From assembly GCA_001643675.2 (NCBI GenBank), contig LSRY02000064.1:1-64000 (forward strand): a stretch of 64,000 nucleotides of DNA, given 5' to 3'. How positions within the stretch are numbered: position 1 is the stretch's first letter; every line of letters begins with the position of its first letter. Positions 25,646 through 38,142 of this stretch are shown piece after piece. A program made the position numbers and the translations under genes. The notes beneath the pieces were generated by a model that did not search any database, was not told the DNA's origin, and was given only the letters and a program-made list of their open reading frames with translations. This DNA comes from Monocercomonoides exilis PA203 (taxonomy: Eukaryota > Protista > Preaxostyla).

Positions 25646-26929
25646 GCGTCTTTCCATTTGAAGAGTTCTTTGTGATTTGTTTTTGTCAAACTTTAATTTT
25701 TTATGATTATTGGAATGTGTTGAACATTTCAGCATGAATCATCTACGAAAATAATAAGAAACTTTGTTATAATCCAAATTCCGAAATATATGTATATTTC
25801 AAAAATAATCAACCTTATTAAATATATCACTCGTCAATTTTTGATTTTCATGATTGTTATTTGTGCGAAATTCATTTCAATTTATATTTTAATGTCAAAT
25901 TTTTATTTTTAAAATTCTTCTATTATGTCCTCATTCATTGATAAATATTTTAAATCATTTTGCAACTCATGAAAAATTATTTAAGTGATGAAAAGAGAAC
26001 GTTTTAATAAAATTTGAAAATTTATCTTCAAGAATTTTTTTGAGTTGTTCAAACTTTCCCTCATCTTTTCATTTGTTTGGTTATATTCGAAGCATTTCAC
26101 TTTGAAAAGAATTTAAATATTTCCCCGATGAAAACCGCTCTTCTTTGTTCAAACTTGATTTACTCCTTTTCTTTTTGTCTCGACATATTTTGAATATATT
26201 AGTGCTATGTCATTTGAGATATCTTCATTTTGCAATGAAAATTTCAGTCAATTTTTAAAAATTTGCATTTGCGACACATGCAAGATTACGGTTCTTTTTG
26301 AAAAATAACGTGATGTGATGATTTTTTATTTTTAAATATTCTAAAACTTGAATTCAAAAAAAATTTTTTTGATACATAAATTCAAGTTTTATTTAAACCT
26401 GTCTGACGTATCGAAAAAAAATTTTCACGTCCGTCAGTAATTTTCCAGTGTTATTTTTATATATTTTTTTTTGTTTTATTTTATTTTTATTTTTTCATTT
26501 TTCTTTTTTTTTTTTGAGGAGTGAATGATTATTTTTGTGTGAGTATTAATTTTTTGAATTTTATTTGTTCTTTTGAATTTTTGAATTTATCAAAAATTGA
26601 TTTTTTCTCATATCCCATAAATTTATTTCAGTTATTTATTTCGAATGAATTGTTCTTCAATAAGATTTGTTATGCATGGATTGTGCAATAATGTGGAATT
26701 TACTCTTGTGCATTTATTTTATATAATACATATATATGTTATTTATCGCTTCAACAGTTTGAAACTTTTGAAATTCTTTTCATTTTTCATTTTTCAATCG
26801 ATTTTTTTAAATATTTCAACGATATTATTCATTCATATATTTCTGTAATGCAGACGGTTTTTTGTTAACGCTAAGTGCTTCTTCAATTTGAATATTCTTT
26901 GAATTTTTTTAAAGATAATCTTTTTCAAT

Positions 26930-28710
26930 GTGTTTTTCATCTTCTCCTCCGTATCTATTTCTCCCTCCACACCACTTCATTCTTTTTTTCTGCTCGTTTG
27001 TGCAACCAACTTCTTTCACCTTATACGATCTTCTTCTAATGCTGCCGTGGTGGATGTCGGATCTGAATCTCAAAGAGCGAAACTTGGAAGATTGGCTTTT
27101 TCTGAATTGAACAGCTATCTCCTTGAATGGTGTGAGTGGAATGATTCAAACAGTGGAAATGAATACGGAGGTGCTCCGAAAATAAATTACACAAATGCAA
27201 ATCTCACAATCACTTCTTGCTTTCTTTTCAATTGTTCAAATACAAATCATGGTGGAGCGTTATATAGTTACTGTTTGCAAATAAATTGAAATTGCAAAAT
27301 CAAATTTCACAAACTGTTCTTCATTTCACGGAGGAGCAATTTGCAAAAATGAACAACAATCATCTTCCGTTTATTCATTTTCTGATAACATGGTGGGAAA
27401 TTGTTCAATAACAAGAACAATTGGAACTGGTTGGTATTTCTGGATCTATAACATGACTTCATCTAGTCAATTCTTGTTAACAAATTGCAAGTGCATTGCA
27501 AACACTGGGCTTGATTCTTCTGGAGCAGTCACGTTTTATTATCCTCCCTCCGCAAAGCCAATTGAGTTTTCAGTCAATGATTGTCAGTTTGTTCGCAATA
27601 AATTGACTGCCTCTGCTATACATGGTGGCGCTGGGTTGTGTTGCACAAACACCTTCACTTGGATGAGCGGAACACAATTAATCTTATTCTGTTTCTTCGA
27701 TGGCAACACTGCCAAAAATGGCAGGGGAAATGATGTGTTCTTTTACGGAAGTGATATCACCCAATCTTCTTTCCAGCAATGCAGCTCAATAACCACAACA
27801 AAAAGAGTCTGGAATGCTGGAAGAGCTGATAATGCCGAGAACAATAGATGGCTTTCCCTCAGTTAAACATTCAAAATCGTATCAAATAATGGAACAAATA
27901 CAAATCTTTGTGGAATAACACAACTTAATCCATGCGCCTCAATATAATATGCTCTTGTTTGCATGACAGATACACAAGACGCCTCTCTCACCCTTCTCAC
28001 CTCAGTATTTGTTCCCACTCAAACACTCACCTTCAGTGCGGTCAACACCAAAATCACTGGAAATGGAACAGATACCACCACCATCGCCTCCAGTGGCATT
28101 CCTCAACCACCAAACTCACATTCACAGTCATCATAATCAACATCATCATTTTCATCTGCATCTTCTTCACCAGATCCATCTGCTACTTCTGCCCTCTTCC
28201 AACAGACCCAGGGCTCCCTCACAGTCTCTGCCCTCTCCATCTCCCACAACTCCACAAATCAAATCACCCCCATCCTCTTCCACCTCTCCGATAACTCCCC
28301 TTCACTCAACCTCAACACAACCACCATCACTGGAACAACCTCCATAACTATAAAAACACCCCTCTTCTTCCTCACTGCTGGCTCCCTCGCCCTCAACCAC
28401 ACAGCAATCACCAGTCTCCCCCTCAACAGCCAGAGCATCTACCACCTCACCTCCCTCACAGCACCCCTCACCCTCGACTCCTCCAACATCACCGACATCA
28501 CCTCCACAGCCACTCCAGCCAACTGTGTCCTCTCCTCTGCCACCTCCCCTGCCCTCTCCCTCTCCCTCGCCAACTGCACCATCACCAACATCAACTCAGC
28601 TCCACAACACCAACAGACTGCCACCAATGGCGGGTGCATCTCATTCGCCTCATCTGCCCCTGCCAACTCCTTTTCAGAGAGCAACACCAAATTCACTGAA
28701 TGTGATATGA
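26930..28710 (+). pseudogene. Cargo: frameshifted GGA(I/L)/FxNC-repeat (pectin lyase-like/Pmp-like beta-helix) gene fragment
   Basis: NEYGGA, FNCSNTNHGGALY, HGGAI, SSGAV, HGGAGL, FDGNTAKNGRGNDVF and TNGGCISF, spread over several frames with stops. Confidence 0.7.
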
Positions 28711-29199
28711 GCAAAGAAGAATCGAAGAATTAGATAGAGAGAAAAGTGAAAACTTCGAGATCGAAATGTGTTGTTGGACATGAAAGGAAAACCCAAACGA
28801 AACCTATTTCAAGCGGATCAAGGAGAAGAACAATCTGTTAGGATGATGGGAAAAAGAATGACGCAAACGATATTAATAAACAAGAATAGAATTAGAATAA
28901 GGAGAAAAGATTCAAAAGAAGATGAACGAATAAACCATATAACTGTTTCATTTCGCAAGGTTTCTATGATTAACAGGTTAATAAACACAGCGAAATATAA
29001 TACGTTAATTTTTTTAAAATTTCGAGATGAATTGCATAGTATTTTTAAAAAAAAACAATAAAAATCAACGAGCTTCAAAATGTCTAAAGTTTATTCCTCG
29101 GATGTGATGTGAGATATTGAAAAAAACGAAATATTTTGTGGTGCGTATGAAAACAATAAGAAAAAGTTTTAATCAGTAACAAATTCACAATCAAAACTT

Positions 29200-29961
29200 T
29201 CATGAAGAATCTTTATTCACATTATATTTCACTCATTCCAACAATGATTCGGCCCTAATCTTCCATTGCGCCATTAGAGAAATAACATATTCTATTAAGT
29301 GATAAAAGTATCCAGCGATTATCTTCATTCGATGAAAATGCTTACGGAGTATTTCTGAACATCTTTCAATTATCTCGGTGATAAATAACTCGTCCATTTC
29401 GCAATCCTCATTCTCAAGAACATCTGTTGAATGCTTGTTTCATCCAATAAAATTTCTTTTATCACTCGTTTTTGAAGAACAATTCTTCAGTCGTTATGTC
29501 CAGTTGGCGTTTTTGAAAAATTGATCCCAATTTTTCAAGTGATGAAGATAAGGAGGCAGGCGCTTCAAGTCGATCGAAGAAATTGATAAATACTTTTCAA
29601 CGTTGTCGGGAAAGAAAGATGAATGAAAAAAAACGAAAATAACATTTTATTGAAAAGGAATTTGTTGAAGCAGGATCTTCAATATATTTGTGTGTGTAAC
29701 AAAGAGATGAAGACAAACAGCGAGTAGTTTGTTAACTGACTACTGGCTTTGGACATTTTAGTGAACTTTGTGAACTTGTTAATATTAAAAATAGTTCTAT
29801 AAAATTTATCATAAAAAAAATAAACCATTTTCTGATCCTGTTTCGTTCTGGATGAATTGTTGTATTTCCTTGATGTCAAGTTTTCTACGTGCGTTCTGAT
29901 TGCATACGTTCAATTTTGATTTGTTCCATAAATACTTGAGAAAAGCGTTAAAATTTTTCAT
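29200..29961 (-). pseudogene. Possible highly decayed hAT transposase remnant
   Basis: Coding-like minus-strand fragments including KCPKPV..TTRCLSS, which resembles the hAT TRWxS motif. Weak. Confidence 0.3.
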
Positions 29962-32184
29962 CGCACGATTCTATTTCACCTTCATCACAGCAAAATACAA
30001 CTTTTTCACCAATTAGTATTTATTTCAATTTTTTGTCCAACATTGAAATGCTGACTTGTCCTGACGGGCATGACCGTCACTGACGATCTAAAATTCCTTA
30101 TTTGACAATTCGTCAGTATCCCATAGAAACTTTTTTTAGAATAAGCGATATTAACGACGATTATTGATTTTCTTGTGCAAATAATGAACAAAAAAATGAG
30201 ATATATTATAATATAATATTTTTTTATGCTTTTACGAAATATTTTAACTTTTAAAAAAAAACCACTGACGTGAATATTTTTGATGAGTCCGTCAGAATCG
30301 AAAATTTTCAAGTCAGTGGTCATTACGTCATACAGGTTTAGTTTTATTGCTCGAAAAGCAAAAGTGTTGTGTTCCATTTTGATAATTTTTGACTAAAGAG
30401 TCATTCATTTTCAATTAGTTGTATTTTCAATTTATATTAATGGGATGATTTTTTCTATGTGTCTAAATTTTTTTGAAAAGTTCCTTTTGTTTAATTTACA
30501 AATAGAATAAAAATTTCATATTTCTCTCAAATTTCTGTTCACATAGACCAAATTTTTCTGTTATGGAAACAAATTCTTGACAATGTTTGTATTTCCGTTT
30601 TTGTGAAGTTTCATAATTGGGAACATAAATTTGATCAAAATATGAAATGTTTATTATATTAGAAAATTAAACAAAAGGAAATTTTCAAAAAAATTTAGAC
30701 ATGTTATAAATAGCACATCAGCGATGGGAATGACAACACTGACAGAAGCAACGGACAGTTTTCCAAACTGTTGTTGATGCTAATTCAATAAATCAAAAAA
30801 GTTCTTATTGAATTTGTAGTTTGTATTAAAAACTTAAACTTTTATATTCAACAATATAAATCAATCTGAAATTATTATTGATAATTGAAACATTTTTTTA
30901 GAAATAATTTTGTTTTCGATTTAGTTTATTCATAGGAATAAATCAAAAACCAAAACAAATAAATAGGTTCAAATATGTCATTTTCATCATCATCATTATT
31001 ATTACGAATCATTCGTTGTTTTTCAATAAGCAACAAATATTATTGGATATTATCATATGGGAGTTTATTTTTGATGTCACAACTTTTTTCGAAGTGTTGA
31101 TCAAAGAAAGGGTTTTTCATATTTGGTTAAAACTTTCTCATTCAAATGTTATGTGCATTCCATTTATTTTGAAAGACCAATATCGAAGCTGAATCCAAGA
31201 ATATAGTTTCTCTTTTTTGTATCAAAACTTTATTGTATTCTTTTTAATATATTCAAAGAATGTTTTTAATCGAAAATTTGAGATCGAATTATTATGATTT
31301 CGAAAAGAATCCCACATATGGAAGATTTTTTTCGAAATTATAGCTTTTTTCTGTGTGTTTATTTTTCAAAGATTGTTTCCTTTGAAAATAGATTTTGTAT
31401 TTGAATGAAGAATTTATTTCGACTGAATCATGTGAAAAAGGTTTTTTTTCAAATTAAGATAATGATGTTATTTGTTAGTGTTTTCATTTTTTTGTGTTCT
31501 TTTGTTGATGTTCAAGTGAAATTTTTGTACAGAAAAAACTGAAAGAAAAAATACGCTTTTGAAAAAATAAAGAGAAAAATAGAACATTCATTCTAATTTT
31601 TATTTTAAAAACACAAAAAATCTATGTTTTGCTCATTGCATTATCAAACTTTTTCAACTTAGAAAATATATTGGATTTTCACATCTGCAAACAGGTATCA
31701 TTAATGTTGTTTCGTGTATATTCGTGTCGATTCATGAATTTCAAAATATTAAATAAGTTTTATTAACATTTTTAGTTCACCAAAAGTTAATCAAATGGGT
31801 ATATTTTTTCAATGAAAATGCCTGAAATGCAATATTCTGTCCTAATTACCCTCTTCTTTATCAAATTTCAGTTTCACTTCTAAAAAAATTTCAAGAATGG
31901 AAATAAACCATTTGCAACGTGATTGTTCTCATTAAAGAATTTTTTGAAAAGCAGGAACGATAATTTGATCAAAAAATGAGAATATTAAATTCATTTGAAA
32001 ATAAGTGAAAAAAGAACTTATCAAAAAAAAGGTTGATGAAAACCATTTTTGCGTCGACCGTTCAGTAACAAAGCTAAGGAGTTATGCATTTGAAGAGAAA
32101 ATGATGAATGAATCTTTTTTCATCTCATTGTTTTTGTTTTTGTATAGGCTTCCTCACCAGAAAGTTTTTCAACTTCTTTCACGC

Positions 32185-33826
32185 TTGTCGGGGAGTTAAC
32201 CCGCTCAGATGATCACAGAAGTTTGAACATTTTTCATTCCACAGTTTTCATTTTTCTCTTCGAAAACAAACAAAAATAGATTGGTTGCAACATTGCATCA
32301 AAATGTATTTGGAAAAATTTAATTAAAGAATGAATATTTATAAAGAGAGGACAAAAAATTGAAGAACTAGATCATATTTATATACCAGACAAATCATCAG
32401 AACGGAGCCAAAAATTTCCAGATATTGCTCCTTCTGGTGCCCTGTTTATGATGAAGCAATTTCTGCCCATTCTGGAGGCTTCTCTGGCAGTTTAGCAAGA
32501 ACAGCATCTGGATTAAATGGATGAAGGCCCGTCACTCTCCAGCTGGCTTTTATTGTTGATGGAAACGAAGCCATTGCAATTGCTTCCTTTAGAACGGAAA
32601 TGAATTCTTTTCTTCTTTCGCTAGCCGTGTTTGTTTTCCCACATTCTGTTGATTTATAAAAAAAATTTCATGATAACAAAAATACACTTGTCATTTGGTT
32701 GAAGATAGTGAGAGGTGTGCGAGTGGAGTTGAATAAGATGAATCAAATTATTTTTTTCATTATTTAACGATCTCCTGACAAAAATGTCCTATTCCTTTAT
32801 CCATCACAAAGGAAGCATGATAATGTTGTTGTCTAATTTTTTTTCATTTTTATTGATGCTCGGAAGAATTGATATCTGAAAGACTTCAAGAAAGCATGCA
32901 GTTGTCATGTGTCCAGTTGAACATGGTTTGAACACCTCATTTTCTGTTGTAGCTTCAACATATTCTTTTGGAATTGTCGAATATGGAATAAGAATTGGAG
33001 TTAAATATCTCACTCCATCTGCGCTTGTGAGAAAAACTATACATGTTGAATTTGGAAACGAAGGCTCTGGAATGATTGGCTGAACTGAAGAAGAAGACTG
33101 AACCACGACATCTTCTGAAGATTTTGAAAATACAGTTGATGTTTCATCCAAATTGAACAACAATTGAGGTGCAATTTTCACTTCGGAAAAGAACTTTGCA
33201 ACTTTGTCAAAAAAGGAGCCTATTGTTTGCTTCGAATTATGTGCAGCACGGCCTATTGGTAACTTTGTTGCTTTTTTCAGAGCAAGTTTTGGATATCTTT
33301 CAATAAATCTCTTTGGCCATTGTTTAAAGACTGAATAAATTTCTTTTTATATATGTTTTCACTTCGATTCTATTTTCATTTGCATGCAAATAACAGAAAA
33401 TTTTAAAAAATATCTTTATTCGAATACTCACAAGCCATTTCCACTATATCTATCATTGAATGGAAAATTCCTATATCTTCATCGACTTCCAATCTGGCAA
33501 TTAACCTTTGTTCGTCTATTTAAGAAAAAAGAAAAAGTCTCTCTTGTTTTCCAACAACACGATTCTTTTTCTAAGCTTTATCAGCTCTTTCCATAGAATG
33601 CCTGGAAATAGTATTTGTATGTTCAATTTCCGCCTTTTTGAATCCGCAAACAAGATGCAAGTGAAGACCTTTCTCGTAAGGAGTTTCCAGTAGCCTTGCT
33701 TCGCTGGATGCTGCAATTCTGTGGATCTCTTGCTCAATCTTTAACATTTTTTTCCAAACAAAAAATGTGTTGATTTTTGATCGTCTGAGCGGGTTAACTC
33801 CCCTGAGCGGGTTAACTCCCCGACCA
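32185..33826 (-). mobile_element. pogo-like DNA transposon with frameshifted DDE_1 transposase
   Basis: TIR GTCGGGGAGTTAACCCGCTCAG at 32187, inverted at 33803-33824, with an 18-bp unit doubled at the right end. Fragments QLLFNLDETS, LTSADG, MDKG and HTSHYLQPND. Confidence 0.88.
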
Positions 33827-33828
33827 TA

Positions 33829-35707
33829 TAGTCGGGGTGGAAACCCGAGCCAGGGGGGAAACCCGAGCCAGGGGGGAAACCCGAGCCAGGGGGGAAACCC
33901 GAGCCAGGGGGGAAACCCGAGCCAGGGGGGAAACCCGAGCCAGGGGGGAAACCCGAGCCAGGGGGGAAACCCGAGCCAGGGGGGAAACCCGAGCCAGGGG
34001 GGAAACCCGAGCCAGGGGGGAAACCCGAGCCAGGGGGGAAACCCGAGCCAGGGGGGAAACCCGAGCCAGTGATCTTTTCAAGAAAAAAAATTTTTTTTTC
34101 ATTTCTTTGATAAAATTTTTGAAATTGAGTTTTTATTAATGCAAAATAATTAAAAAATACAATATTTCTTCATTGCACATGTTCCAAATATTCAATTGAA
34201 TGAAAGAAAAGAGAGATAACGAAAAATTTAGAAGAATAATAAAGATCAAAAGTTGCTTATATTGAAAGGTTTTCAAGCCTATCGTAAGTTCTGTAAACTG
34301 CTCCATAAGATGCACCTTCAGGAGCTTTTTTTGGCTCAATTTCGGATTGAGCCCATTCTGGGGTGAATCTGGAAGGTGTCTGAGAATATCTTCTTTATTC
34401 ACTAGCCACATTCCGCTCACTCTCCATGATGCGATAATCGTCTCTGGATTGCTTGCTACAGCTATTCCATTTAAAAGAACTTTCACAAAGGCTTCTCTTC
34501 TCGCAGATGCTGAAGTAACCATGCCACAATCCTTTGATTTTGAAAAAACGCGCTTCATTTTGGCAAAAATAAATTGATCGTTTGGTTGGAGAACGTGGGA
34601 TGAATGAGATGGTAATTTTATCAAATCAATTAAGTTATCTCTGAATTCTTTCTTTATATCTTCCTGAAAATGGTCTACTCCTCCGTCCATAATGAGAGCT
34701 GCATGTCGAAAATTTTCTCCAATCTGATTTTTTTTAATATTTCCGTCAAAAAATATTTTCTTAATAATTCCAGAAATAGATTTGAAGTGAGATGTCCATT
34801 TGCAGTTGGAATAAAAACCTCAAGTGAGGTTGTAGCAAGTCTGTATTCGTTGAGTATTATTTTTAATGGGATCAGAACTGGAGTAATATATCTGCAGCCA
34901 TCCGCACTTGTCATAAACACGATGGTTAGGAGAAGATGGAAGAGATGGCTCATCAATAAAAGAAGAAGGAGAAGAAGAAGATGATGCTGCCAAATCTTGC
35001 TCCGCGTAGGTAAAGGATGTTGATGTTTCGTCGATATTAAAAATCAATTGTGGCAGAGGTTTTATTTGCTGCATATACAAATCATAACAATTATAAAATG
35101 GATCAAAAACCATTTTCCATGTGTGCACCACACGTCCAATTGGTAAAGCTTTAGGCTTGACAAGTTCAATTTTTGGATGCCTGGTCAAAAATCTATCTAT
35201 CCAATGTTTGTCCACCTTTTTTTATATCTTCATCATCTTTTCGCTTCTTCAATAACAAATCGTTGGCCCAAATAAAAAAATTGTTAAATAAAAATATAAA
35301 ACAACGCATTGAAACCATTTGCTCAATGAATTTCCTTGTTGTATTTTTTCTATTGCGCACCTCTGCCAATATTTGCTGTTCAAAACCGTCCTCTTTTGAA
35401 ATGGTAAAAAGAGTCGGTCTTCCGTACTTTCTAATTTTTCTTTCTTCGTTTCTCGCTTTGATAGCTCTCTGTGATGATCCACGTGATATTAATTTACACT
35501 CCTCATTTTCTCTCTCAGAAAAGTTAAAAATGTCATAGGCACATATTGCCTTGATTGTATAGTCTTCCATTGAACGCATTTTGCTTGTAGCCAACAGCCT
35601 GGCCAAAGAGGGTTTAACCTTCTCCATTATGATCAAAAAACTTTCCTTGGAAATTTAGATCAAAGTGGCTCGGGTTTCCTCCCTGGCTCGGATTTCGACC
35701 CCGACGA
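33829..35707 (-). mobile_element. pogo-like DD35D DNA transposon with frameshifted transposase and an expanded terminal repeat array
   Basis: Left end TAGTCGGGGTGGAAACCCGAGCCA; inverted right end 35666-35705 has two units. Motifs GRPTLF, QLIFNIDETS, TSADG and MDGG-(35 aa)-PSHSSHVLQPND. Confidence 0.88.
33836..34069. repeat. 13 x 18-bp tandem array (GGGGGGAAACCCGAGCCA)
   Basis: Perfect units after the first. The unit equals the sub-terminal repeat of the element's opposite TIR. Confidence 0.95.
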
Positions 35708-35906
35708 GAACTTAAACGATGTGATTGAATAATGCGGTATTAGCTTTGACTAATACCAATAAGTGACCTATAAAACCAAAAAGAAAGACTCAAAACCGTA
35801 TTGATTGAGTCAAGACAAATATCATTAATCATGGGATCATGATCAAAAAAAATGGAATCCTTATTAAGGGTATTTTTGTTGACATAATTTTCAACAATTT
35901 TTTGAG

Positions 35907-37711
35907 ATGTCTCAAGCTCCACTTTCGGATGTTTCGGAATGTGTTGAAGGAAGAAACACGATCCCTGAACATTTTGAATTAACGAAAAGAAAAGAAAACT
36001 TTTCACTAATCGAATGTGCATGCAAAGATGTGAAGGACCCATCTCGTGCATTCTTTCGACTCACAGGCTTTGTGCGATCAGAATTTGACATGTTGCTAAG
36101 GCTACTTCCAGATGATTCGCTTCCTCATCGGGGAAAGGCAAAAGCAATTAACACACCGGAAGAGCAATTATTTTTGCTTTTGAATGTTCTCCATCACGGC
36201 TCTTGCACCCTCACAAACACATATGCATCAAAAAAACTCGACTCTCAAAGTGCGACTGTAAGACTGCTTCATTCCATTGTGTCTCGGCTTCGAGCGCCTT
36301 TGGCAGATCTTTTTCTGTCATTCCGCAAAGACAGAATAGAGAGCGTGAATGATGTTGGAATGGTGCTTGATTGCACGGTGATTCCGACTAATCGGCCAGT
36401 GGGTCGTTTGGAATATGGAAAAAAGTTCTTTAGTGGAAAACACCACATTTACTGTGTCAAGGCAGAAGTTGGTGTTAACCCAAAGGTTGGCACAGCAAGC
36501 ACCATTGGCGCTATTTTCTCAGGCTCCACGCATGACGATGTTATATTCAAAGAGCATTATCCATTGTTTGAATCGAAGCTGGAGGACTCCAAAATTCTAG
36601 CTGATTCTGTATATATTGGCGCCAGACCAGACCTTGACGCTATCATAACAAAGCCCGTTGGCACACAGGAGCTTGCTTCCCATCGTGTAATAGTTGAAAG
36701 GTTCTTTGGAAGGATGAAAACACTCTTCTCCATCTTTCGCAAACCATGGATATTCGAAATTGATTTAATAGCTGACTATTTCAATGTGGCTTGCTGCCTT
36801 ACAAATTGTCATATTCTTCATAATCCACTCACTGCGATTGACTAACAAACAAATTCAAGATTTTTGGATGGAATGATAAGCGATTATCTTCGAAAACAGG
36901 AAGCAAAGAGCCTTGCAAATAAAAGATACCTAGCCAGATTAAGAAACAAACTTAATCCAAAAGATTCATTAACTCCCACAATTACGTCTTTGACTGCAGA
37001 ATCAACAAGTATTTTTGAACACTTAAATACCCATATTGCATTTATTTTCTGATTTATTGATTATTTCTTCCTTCTCGTTACCCATATGGGACAAAATATA
37101 TAACTTCAAGCATTTTCATTGAAAAATTATGTACTTTTCATTGGCTTTTTGGATCAAAATATTTGAAAAAAACAGGATTATTTTTTGAAATGCATGTGAG
37201 GTCGCAAAACATAATGATATAATATCAATGATGTTTGCTTACAGTAATGAAAATCAAATTTATTTTGATATCTGGGTAAGAATGAAAATGTGATAAGTGA
37301 AACATTTTTTTTATGCTTTGTTTATAAAAAACTTGAAAGTCCGTATTATCCCCCATATTAATATTTAATTTTATTTTAGATAGCTCAGATGAGACATACG
37401 CAATGAAAAAAGCCAAAGAAAGAAGAGAAAATGAACAAGAGAAAGTTATGATCCAAAGATTGCAGCAGAGATCAGATTTGCTGAATTGGGGAAGGGACGA
37501 GCACAACATTCAGCCTCAAAATACAGATAATTCTTTGTCATGGATTGTCCCAAATCAATGGAAATCTGTTAGCACACTTTTTCCACCTTCATCACAACAG
37601 TTTCCTTCAATTCCATCATCTTCCTCGTCCGCTTCGTCATCTTCAACACAAAATTCAACTGGAAAACCTTATCAAACGCCGCTTCAGTTTTTACTGAATT
37701 GTCAACATTAG
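35907..37711 (+). pseudogene. DDE_Tnp_4 transposase with one premature TAA (36843) and a putative spliced last exon
   Basis: FFRLTGF...EEQLFLLL, VLDCT, FSGKHH, GSTHD, LADSVY and VERFFGRMK. A GT-AG intron 37009-37379 joins in frame to ORF 37403..37711. Confidence 0.8.
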
Positions 37712-38142
37712 AACTGTTTATTATTGTTATTTTTCCTCTATTGTTCAGACACCACAAAAAATAATGTAACAATGAACAGTTTTGAAACTTTTCATTTTTT
37801 TCTTTTTAAAAATAAAAAAACAATAAATTTCGTCATAGAAAAAACTCTTGTTTTGTTGTTATCATAAAAAAAGCATAACAAACACTATTGATATATAAAT
37901 TTTTTTGTGAAAAGCACAAAAATCGCAATCAACAATAAATGAAAAGCTTCAGAGTTGTATGGGGAAAACATATTCACTCCATTTTAAAATTACAAAACTT
38001 TCACATCCTAAAAAAACGTAAACATTAGAAATAAAAATGTCACAGAATCAGAGTAAATGATGATAATCAAACACTTCATAAATGTGTCGTTAACAAATTA
38101 TTATTACTGATTCCAGCGTTTCAAAACTTTGATCATTGTATT

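Larger units (their letters stand above)
26394..30340. mobile_element. Non-autonomous DNA transposon with 8-bp TSD (hAT-like), 3947 bp, carrying cargo
   Basis: 17-bp TIR TAAACCTGT(C/A)TGACGTA with 1 mismatch. TSD GTTTTATT at 26386-26393 and 30341-30348. Single GTTTTATT empty site (as reverse complement) at ~14409-14416. Many subterminal CTGACG/CGTCAG motifs at both ends. Confidence 0.9.
17911..31319. repeat. Right arm of the inverted duplication, interrupted by two transposon insertions (18821-24872 and 26394-30340)
   Basis: Removing both insertions and one TSD copy each restores the reverse complement of 13438-16909. Confidence 0.93.

Noticed and set aside
13438-31319. Polinton/Maverick or endogenous virus bounded by long TIRs
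   Set aside because: No pPolB, retroviral-type integrase, packaging ATPase or capsid ORFs, and no 6-bp TSD or AG-repeat termini.
33836-34069. CRISPR-like or telomere-like array; ORFs (GGNPSQ)n and (ETRARG)n
   Set aside because: There are no spacers and no cas genes, and the unit is the neighbouring transposon's TIR repeat. The ORFs are by-products of a stop-free 18-mer.
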